Shown: positions 57,875 to 64,000 of the stretch, one piece after another | Layout: each line of letters begins with the position of its first letter | How positions within the stretch are numbered: the first letter of the stretch is position 1 | Assembly (NCBI GenBank): GCA_016215655.1 | Contig: JACRIT010000004.1 | Location: forward strand, 13,492 to 77,491 | Length of the DNA: 64,000 nt | Origin: Acidimicrobiia bacterium | Lineage (GTDB): Bacteria > Actinomycetota > Acidimicrobiia > Spongiisociales > UBA11373 | Reading direction: 5' to 3' | Position numbers and translations under genes: made by a program | The notes under the pieces: generated by a model | Told to the model about the DNA's origin: nothing | Database searches by the model: none | What the model saw: only the letters and a program-made list of their open reading frames with translations

Positions 57875-59008
57875 ATGACCACCCTCTTGGGCGGGCCCGT
57901 GGCAGGCTCGCTGCTCGAGGAGGACGATGGGTTGCCGCTCGATCTGATCGGCGACACCGAACTCAACGACCGCTACGTTGGGCTCCGTCGGAGGCTCACC
58001 CGACTCGAAGCGGAAGCCGCTCGGATCCTCGCGGAGATCGATCGTCGCCGATCGTTCGAGCCGGATCACTTCACTGCGGAGGCGTTTCTCCAGAACCGAG
58101 TCGGTGATTCCGGCCGCGCAGCGAGGCGAAACGTCGCCGAGGCGCGCGGCCTGGACGAGTACGCCGCCGTGCGTGAGGCCTTCGCCGCAGGTGAGATCGA
58201 CCGTCCCAGGGTGGCGATGCTCCTGGCGTCGTCGCGGGTCTCGCCGGACCACTTCCGGCGGGATCAGAGCATGCTCGTCGAGACGGCGATGAGCCAGTCC
58301 ATGGCGGCCACCCATCAGGCGCTCGAGTACTGGAAACAACACGTCGATCGCGAAGCGGCCGATGCCGACCGCGAGCACCTCTATCGGAGGCGGCACCTTC
58401 ACGTTGCTCCGGCCCTTGGCGGCATGGTCCGAGTCGATGGGGAATTGGACCCGGTGGGTGGGAAGACGGTGCTCCTTGCCCTCCGCGCACTCACCGATTA
58501 CACCAACCTCGAGCCAGGAGATCCACGGACTCCCGGGCAGCGGCGCGCCGACGCGCTCGTCGACCTCTGTTCCGACCACATGGTGCACGGCGACACGACG
58601 GAAACCGGTGGATCGCGACCGGGGATGGTCGTGACGGTGGCCCTCGATGTCCTTCAGGGCCGAGCGGTGGCGCCCTGCGAACTCGAAGATGGCACGGTGA
58701 TCGCACCCGAGACGGCGAGGCGCATCGCCTGCGACGCAGGGGTGAGTCGGGTGCTCACCAAGGGCGAATCCGAGATCCTCGACGTCGGGCGGGCCAGCCG
58801 TGTCGTCCCCGCGGCCCTGCGCCGCGCCCTCGCCCTGCGAGACAAGGGGTGTACCCATCCAGGATGTACGCGGCCGCATCACTGGTGCGACGCCCATCAC
58901 ATCGTCCATTGGGCCGATGGAGGAGAGACCTCACTCGCCAATCTGGTCTTGCTTTGCAGACGCCACCACCGAATGGCGCATGAGGGAGCCTTGCGGCGGC
59001 TGGAGTAG
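57875..59008 (+). CDS. DUF222 domain plus HNH endonuclease (actinobacterial 13E12-repeat-type)
   Basis: C-terminal HNH motif HHIVHWADGG...N...LLCRRHH. Confidence 0.7.
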   Translation: MTTLLGGPVAGSLLEEDDGLPLDLIGDTELNDRYVGLRRRLTRLEAEAARILAEIDRRRSFEPDHFTAEAFLQNRVGDSGRAARRNVAEARGLDEYAAVREAFAAGEIDRPRVAMLLASSRVSPDHFRRDQSMLVETAMSQSMAATHQALEYWKQHVDREAADADREHLYRRRHLHVAPALGGMVRVDGELDPVGGKTVLLALRALTDYTNLEPGDPRTPGQRRADALVDLCSDHMVHGDTTETGGSRPGMVVTVALDVLQGRAVAPCELEDGTVIAPETARRIACDAGVSRVLTKGESEILDVGRASRVVPAALRRALALRDKGCTHPGCTRPHHWCDAHHIVHWADGGETSLANLVLLCRRHHRMAHEGALRRLE

Positions 59009-59040
59009 GCGCTCCGGCGAGGTCACTACCCTCGGCGGAC

Positions 59041-60138
59041 ATGTTTCCCGATGCCGACTACTCAGGCCGACTCGACCGGGCGCGGGCGCTCATGGACGAG
59101 CGCGATGCAGACGTAATGCTGCTTTCGGTGGGTGCCGACCTGCCCTACTTCGCCGGGTACGAGGCGATGCCCCTGGAGCGGCTCACGATGCTCGTGGTGC
59201 CGAAAGACGCAGGCGCGGTGCTCGTGGTCCCACGACTCGAGGCTCCACGGATCGCGCTCCGCGGGGGCGCGTTCGAAGTGTGGCCATGGGACGAGCTCGA
59301 CGATCCCGTGGGCGTTGTGGCGCGGCATGCCGGCAAGGCGGACCTCGCGTTGATCGGTGAGCAGACATGGTCGCGCTTTCTCCTCGAGCTGCAGCGGACG
59401 ATGCATCGCACGCGATTTGAGTCCGCGTCTGCTGTCACGCGCCAGCTGCGGATGCGGAAGGATGCCGCTGAGATCGAATTGCTGCGCGCTGCCGCGGCCG
59501 CCACGGACCGGGTCGTGGCCGCACTCGATGGTGTGGCCTTCGGCGGGCGAACGGAGCGTGATCTTGCTGCGGAAGTGCAGCGCCTGGTCATGGCCGAGGG
59601 TCACGACATCGCCTCGTTCGCCATCATCGCCTCCGGTCCCAATGCGGCATCGCCCCACCACGAGCCAACAGATCGGATGATCGAGGAGGGTGACACCGTG
59701 GTCGTGGACTTCGGCGGCAGGTGGCACGGGTACTGCTCGGACACGACACGCACCTTCGTCGTCGGCGAGCCGTCTCCCGAGATCGCGGCGGCCCATTCCG
59801 TGCTCGAGGCCGCCCAGGCCGCCGGAAGGGCTGCGGTGCGCCCCGGCGCCACCGGGGAAGATGTCGATGCGGCTGCCCGGAAGGTCATCGACGCCGCCGG
59901 GTATGGCGACCACTTCATCCACCGCACCGGCCACGGCATCGGCCTCGAGGTGCATGAGCATCCATACATCGTGGCTGGCAATAGCGAGCCGTTGGAAGCA
60001 GGCATGACGTTCTCGATCGAGCCGGGGATCTATCTGCCCGGCCGATTCGGGATGCGTATCGAGGATATCGTCGCCTGCTCGACCGACGGCATCGATGAGC
60101 TCAATCGCTCGCCGCGCACGCTGCACGAGGTGAGTTGA
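59041..60138 (+). CDS. M24 family metallopeptidase (Xaa-Pro aminopeptidase/dipeptidase)
   Basis: Pita-bread-fold metal ligands (D, D, H, E, E) in conserved spacing. Confidence 0.8.
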   Translation: MFPDADYSGRLDRARALMDERDADVMLLSVGADLPYFAGYEAMPLERLTMLVVPKDAGAVLVVPRLEAPRIALRGGAFEVWPWDELDDPVGVVARHAGKADLALIGEQTWSRFLLELQRTMHRTRFESASAVTRQLRMRKDAAEIELLRAAAAATDRVVAALDGVAFGGRTERDLAAEVQRLVMAEGHDIASFAIIASGPNAASPHHEPTDRMIEEGDTVVVDFGGRWHGYCSDTTRTFVVGEPSPEIAAAHSVLEAAQAAGRAAVRPGATGEDVDAAARKVIDAAGYGDHFIHRTGHGIGLEVHEHPYIVAGNSEPLEAGMTFSIEPGIYLPGRFGMRIEDIVACSTDGIDELNRSPRTLHEVS

Positions 60139-62102
60139 CCAAGGCGGTAACCTTCCCGCTCGTGGATCACGAGCAACTCGCCGTCGACACCATCCGGGTT
60201 CTCGCGATAGACGCCGTCCAGCGTGCAGACAGCGGACATCCCGGGATGCCGATGGGCATGGCCGACATCGCCGCAGTGCTGTGGGGCCGTCACCTCACGG
60301 TCGATCCGGATGTCCCGCAGTGGCCGAATCGTGATCGATTCGTGCTCAGCAACGGTCACGGCTCGATGTTGTTGTACGCGCTGCTGCATCTCAGCGGGTT
60401 CGAGGTGACGATGGACGACATTCGCTCGTTCCGCCAGCTCGGATCGATCACTCCGGGCCATCCCGAGCGTGAGCCTCACCTCGGTATCGAGACCACCACG
60501 GGGCCTTTGGGGCAGGGCTTCGGGACGGCGGTGGGGATGGCGATGGCAGAGGCACACCTGCGAGCGGTGTTCGGCCCGGACCTTGTCGATCACCGCACGT
60601 TCGTGTTCGCCGGCGACGGCGACCTGATGGAGGGGGTCTCGTCGGAGGCCGCCTCGTTGGCGGGCCGTCTCGGTCTCGGCAAGCTGATCTGTCTCTACGA
60701 CGACAACGAGATCTCGATCGGTGGGAACACCGTGGTCACCTTCACCGAGGACGTGCCGTCCCGATTCGCGGCGATGGGCTGGCACACCCTGGACGTCGAC
60801 GGCCACGATCGCCCTGCTGTCGACGAGGCCGTGGTCACCGCGCTCGGCGACCCACGGCCCTCGCTCGTGTCCTGCCACACCAAGATCGCCTTTGGTGCTC
60901 CAACGCTGGAGGGCTCGGCCAAGAGCCATGGCAGCCCGCTCGGAGAGAAGGAGATCGCCGGGTTCAAGGAGCGCATCGGTTGGACCCTGCCACCGTTCAC
61001 CGTGCCCGAAGAGGTCTATCGCTACTTCCACACGGCGATGGACCGAGGACGCGCCGCGCGGGACGCGTGGGAGCATCGTCGCGGCTCGGTTGATGCCGCC
61101 ACCGCCGCCAAGTGGGAGGCCTACTTCGACCCGAAACCCCCGCGGGTCGGCCGTCTCGACTACGCCGTCGGGTCCTCGGTCGAGACCCGAAAGGCCTCGG
61201 GCAAGGCGATCAATCTCCTCGCCGCGCAACTTCCGGGTCTCGTCGGGGGTTCTGCCGACCTCGAGCCATCGACGAACACGCTGATCGAGGCGACACCGGA
61301 CTTCCAGGATGATCCCCTGGGCCGCAACTTCCGGTTTGGGGTGCGCGAGCACGCCATGGGTGCTGCCGTCAATGGCCTCGCCATCCACGGTGGGCTGCGT
61401 CCGTTCGGCGCGACCTTCTTCGTGTTCAGTGACTACCTCCGTCCGGCCATCCGACTCGCCGCGTTGATGTCGGCACCGTCGATCTTCGTACTCACGCACG
61501 ACTCGGTGTTTCTCGGCGAGGACGGACCCACCCATCAGCCGGTCGAACACCTGGCGGCCCTGCGGGCGATGCCCGGTCTGTGGGTCATCCGCCCCGCCGA
61601 TGCCGGAGAGACGGCGGAGGCATGGGAAGTGGCGATCGCTCGTACCGACGGACCGACGGCGCTGGTGCTGACCCGACAGGCGGTTCCGGTTCTGGAGCGT
61701 TCCGGCACCGAGGGCATGGTGCGACGTGGAGGTTATGTGCTTCGCCCAGGAAGTGATGCGGTGCTCGTGGCCACGGGATCCGAGGTGGCGGTGGGTGTCG
61801 CCGCCGCGGATCGGCTGGAGGCGGAGGGCGTGTCACTACGAGTGGTGTCGCTGCCGTGTTGGGAGGCCTTCTTCAGCCAGGACGCCGGGTACCGAGCCGC
61901 CGTGCTCGGCCCGGGGCTTCCGGTGGCGTCGCTCGAGGCCGGCGCCACGTTCGGATGGGAGCGAATCGTGGGCGACGGCGGATTGAGCATCGGCATCGAC
62001 CGATTCGGCGCGTCGGCCCCCTACCAGCACCTTGCCACCGAGTTCGGATTCACGCCGGATCGGGTCGCGGCACGACTCCTCGAGTGGTTGGGTTCTCGCT
62101 GA
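60135..62102 (+). CDS. tkt: transketolase
   Basis: TPP motif GHPGMPMG; transketolase pyrimidine-binding and C-terminal domains; TTG start overlapping the upstream stop. Confidence 0.85.
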   Translation: MTKAVTFPLVDHEQLAVDTIRVLAIDAVQRADSGHPGMPMGMADIAAVLWGRHLTVDPDVPQWPNRDRFVLSNGHGSMLLYALLHLSGFEVTMDDIRSFRQLGSITPGHPEREPHLGIETTTGPLGQGFGTAVGMAMAEAHLRAVFGPDLVDHRTFVFAGDGDLMEGVSSEAASLAGRLGLGKLICLYDDNEISIGGNTVVTFTEDVPSRFAAMGWHTLDVDGHDRPAVDEAVVTALGDPRPSLVSCHTKIAFGAPTLEGSAKSHGSPLGEKEIAGFKERIGWTLPPFTVPEEVYRYFHTAMDRGRAARDAWEHRRGSVDAATAAKWEAYFDPKPPRVGRLDYAVGSSVETRKASGKAINLLAAQLPGLVGGSADLEPSTNTLIEATPDFQDDPLGRNFRFGVREHAMGAAVNGLAIHGGLRPFGATFFVFSDYLRPAIRLAALMSAPSIFVLTHDSVFLGEDGPTHQPVEHLAALRAMPGLWVIRPADAGETAEAWEVAIARTDGPTALVLTRQAVPVLERSGTEGMVRRGGYVLRPGSDAVLVATGSEVAVGVAAADRLEAEGVSLRVVSLPCWEAFFSQDAGYRAAVLGPGLPVASLEAGATFGWERIVGDGGLSIGIDRFGASAPYQHLATEFGFTPDRVAARLLEWLGSR

Positions 62103-62105
62103 GGT

Positions 62106-63833
62106 CTAGTCGCGTGCCGCGTCGATGAATCCCTCGGATTCCAGGTGGAGGATGATCCGCTGAGCCGCCTGCTCCGGGGAGATGTCGGTGGTGTCGATCA
62201 CGACTTCCGCGTCGGTGGGACTCTCGTAGGGGTCGGATATCCCGGTGAACTCCTTGACGATGCCGGCCCGCGCCTTGGCATACAGACCCTTGCGGTCCCG
62301 CTGCTCGCAGACTTCCAGCGGGGTGGCGACATGAACGAGCGCGAACCCGCCCATCGGTGTGATCAGGTCGCGAACCTGCTGACGAACCGCGGCGTACGGA
62401 GCGATCGGGGCGCAGATGGCGATCCCCCCGTTCTTGGTGATCTCCGATGCCACGTATCCGATACGAAGGATGTTCAGGTCGCGGTGTTCCTTGGAGAAGC
62501 CCAGCTCCGACGACAGATTCTTGCGAACGAGGTCGCCGTCGAGCAACGTCACCGGCCTCCCGCCCATCTCGAGCAGCTTCACCCGGAGCACGTTGGCTAT
62601 CGTGGACTTCCCCGAACCGGACAAACCGGTGAAGAAGACCGTGAAGCCCTGTTTGCTGCGTGGGGGGTGGGTCTTGCGAAGCTCCTCGGCCACCTGTGGG
62701 AACGTGAACCACTCTGGGATCTCTCGCCCGTCCTGCAGGCGGTCGCGAAGCTCTGTTCCTGAGATCGAGAGCGTCCGGGTACCCGCCGCGATCTCGTCGT
62801 CGGGCGCGTAGGCGTCCTGATCGGGGAGATACACCATGTTCCTGAAGTCGACCATCACCACACCGAGCTCGGCCTCGTGGGCAGCCAGCAGAGTCTGAGC
62901 GTCGTACGGACCGTAGAAGGGCTTGCCCGTGGAGTCGGACCCGGGACCGGCGTGATCGCGTCCCACGATGAAGTGGGTGCAGCCGTGGTTCTTGCGGATG
63001 ATGGCATGCCACACCGCTTCACGGGGTCCAGCCATGCGCATGGCGAGAGGGAGCAGGGCCAACTCGGCAGTATTGGCGGGGTATCGCGGCATGATGGCTT
63101 GATAGGCACGCACCCGGGTGTAGTGATCGACGTCGCCGGGCTTCGTCATCCCGACCACGGGATGGATGAGCAAGTTGGCCTCGACCTCACGGGCAGCACG
63201 AACGGTGAGCTCGAGGTGGGCGCGGTGCATCGGGTTTCGAGTCTGGAAAGCGACGATCCGACGCCAGCCGCGGCGACGGAATCGCTCCCGAACCTCGGCG
63301 GGAGTCATGCGCAGCGTGGCGAAGTCGTAGTGGGGGGGAAGGCTCAGCGCCTCGATGGTTCCTCCGACGTACCAGGGTGCAGTCCGATCCAGGAGGGCGG
63401 CGACCCCGGGATGCTCCCGGCTGGTCGTGCCGAATACCAGGCGGGCTTCGCGCTCCCGATCCGGTTCCCACACCTCGGAGACGCGGAGCACCCCGACCAT
63501 GACCCCCTCGTCGTCACGCAGCGCCAGGGCGCCGCCGGGTTCGAGGCGGGCGGCAAGGTCCGGCATGACGTCGAGCGTGATCGGGATCGGCCACAGGGTG
63601 CCGTCTGCGAGCCGCATTTCGGTGACGACCCGGTCGTAGTCGGAGCGGCCGAGGAAGCCCCGTAACGGCGAGAAGCCGCCATTGATGAGCAGTTCCAGGT
63701 CGCAGGTCTGGCGTGGGGTGAGGTCGTGTGACGGCAAATCGCGCGACTCGGCCTTGATCTCGGCGGCCCGGACCGGATCGACGATCAGGTCCACGAGGGT
63801 GCCTCCGTGGGGGGCGATCAGGCTGTCGGGCAT
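62106..63833 (-). CDS. bifunctional sulfate adenylyltransferase (ATP sulfurylase) / adenylylsulfate kinase
   Basis: N-terminal Sat domain (QTRNPMHRAH, GRDHAG) fused to a C-terminal APS kinase (FTGLSGSGKST); internal ATG chosen at 63833. Confidence 0.8.
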   Translation of the reverse strand: MPDSLIAPHGGTLVDLIVDPVRAAEIKAESRDLPSHDLTPRQTCDLELLINGGFSPLRGFLGRSDYDRVVTEMRLADGTLWPIPITLDVMPDLAARLEPGGALALRDDEGVMVGVLRVSEVWEPDREREARLVFGTTSREHPGVAALLDRTAPWYVGGTIEALSLPPHYDFATLRMTPAEVRERFRRRGWRRIVAFQTRNPMHRAHLELTVRAAREVEANLLIHPVVGMTKPGDVDHYTRVRAYQAIMPRYPANTAELALLPLAMRMAGPREAVWHAIIRKNHGCTHFIVGRDHAGPGSDSTGKPFYGPYDAQTLLAAHEAELGVVMVDFRNMVYLPDQDAYAPDDEIAAGTRTLSISGTELRDRLQDGREIPEWFTFPQVAEELRKTHPPRSKQGFTVFFTGLSGSGKSTIANVLRVKLLEMGGRPVTLLDGDLVRKNLSSELGFSKEHRDLNILRIGYVASEITKNGGIAICAPIAPYAAVRQQVRDLITPMGGFALVHVATPLEVCEQRDRKGLYAKARAGIVKEFTGISDPYESPTDAEVVIDTTDISPEQAAQRIILHLESEGFIDAARD

Positions 63834-64000
63834 CGTCTCTCCTTGGGCGCGTCGGGTTGCCGGGAAGGCGGGGGATCGGCCGGAGTGTAGAACGGGAGTG
63901 GAGGGCATCCCCTTCGGTCGTACACTCGCCGGCCGTGGAACCATCTGCAGTGCTCGCCGCCTGGGCCGCCGGCATCGCCGCCGGCACGGCATTCGTGACG

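Noticed and set aside
57875-59008. DUF222-HNH gene as evidence of a prophage or integrative element
   Set aside because: These 13E12-type HNH genes are frequent stand-alone chromosomal genes in actinobacteria; no integrase, capsid, terminase or att-like repeats are adjacent.

Overview
High-GC (about 70%) actinobacterial-type chromosomal segment, consistent with Actinomycetota, possibly Acidimicrobiia; no rRNA, tRNA, CRISPR or cas genes seen. About 60 protein genes are supported, most of them housekeeping or metabolic. Main gene content: a BMP-family nucleoside/sugar ABC transporter; several metallopeptidases (M28, M20, M3, M24); a heliorhodopsin; a split Fe-S cluster (suf) locus (sufB, then a 4.2-kb insert, then sufD-Rieske-sufC on the + strand; sufC-sufS-sufU on the - strand); the DNA-repair genes nucS and udgB with a sigma factor; class II fumarase; an IS30-family insertion sequence; a methylmalonyl-CoA mutase catalytic-domain gene interrupted by an in-frame TAG; a complete 2-oxoacid dehydrogenase module (lpdA, fused E1 alpha/beta, E2) followed by a single ORF fusing lipB and lipA; transketolase; and a Sat-CysC fusion. 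The most striking unexplained structure is a pervasive family of modular intergenic repeat elements built from short tandem heptanucleotide arrays (units such as TTRCCCG, CACCCGG, CATCTGG, CTGATGA, CAGTCCT, GACTGGT, GAATTGC, GCGCAAT), together with a 100-150 bp 'GAATTGC-box' core. At least 15 such loci occur in 64 kb. They often sit as direct or inverted pairs around single genes or gene pairs (two DinB-like genes, nucS, an M28 peptidase plus MFS pair). They surround the genes inserted between sufB and sufD, and inverted copies sit at the two ends of a segment that looks like an inverted sufC-sufS-sufU block. The IS30 element lies inside one of these repeat arrays. Coordinates of repeat arrays and exact unit counts are approximate, because repeats are hard to index by eye. 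All functional calls rest on protein-motif recognition from the ORF translations; no database searches were run.
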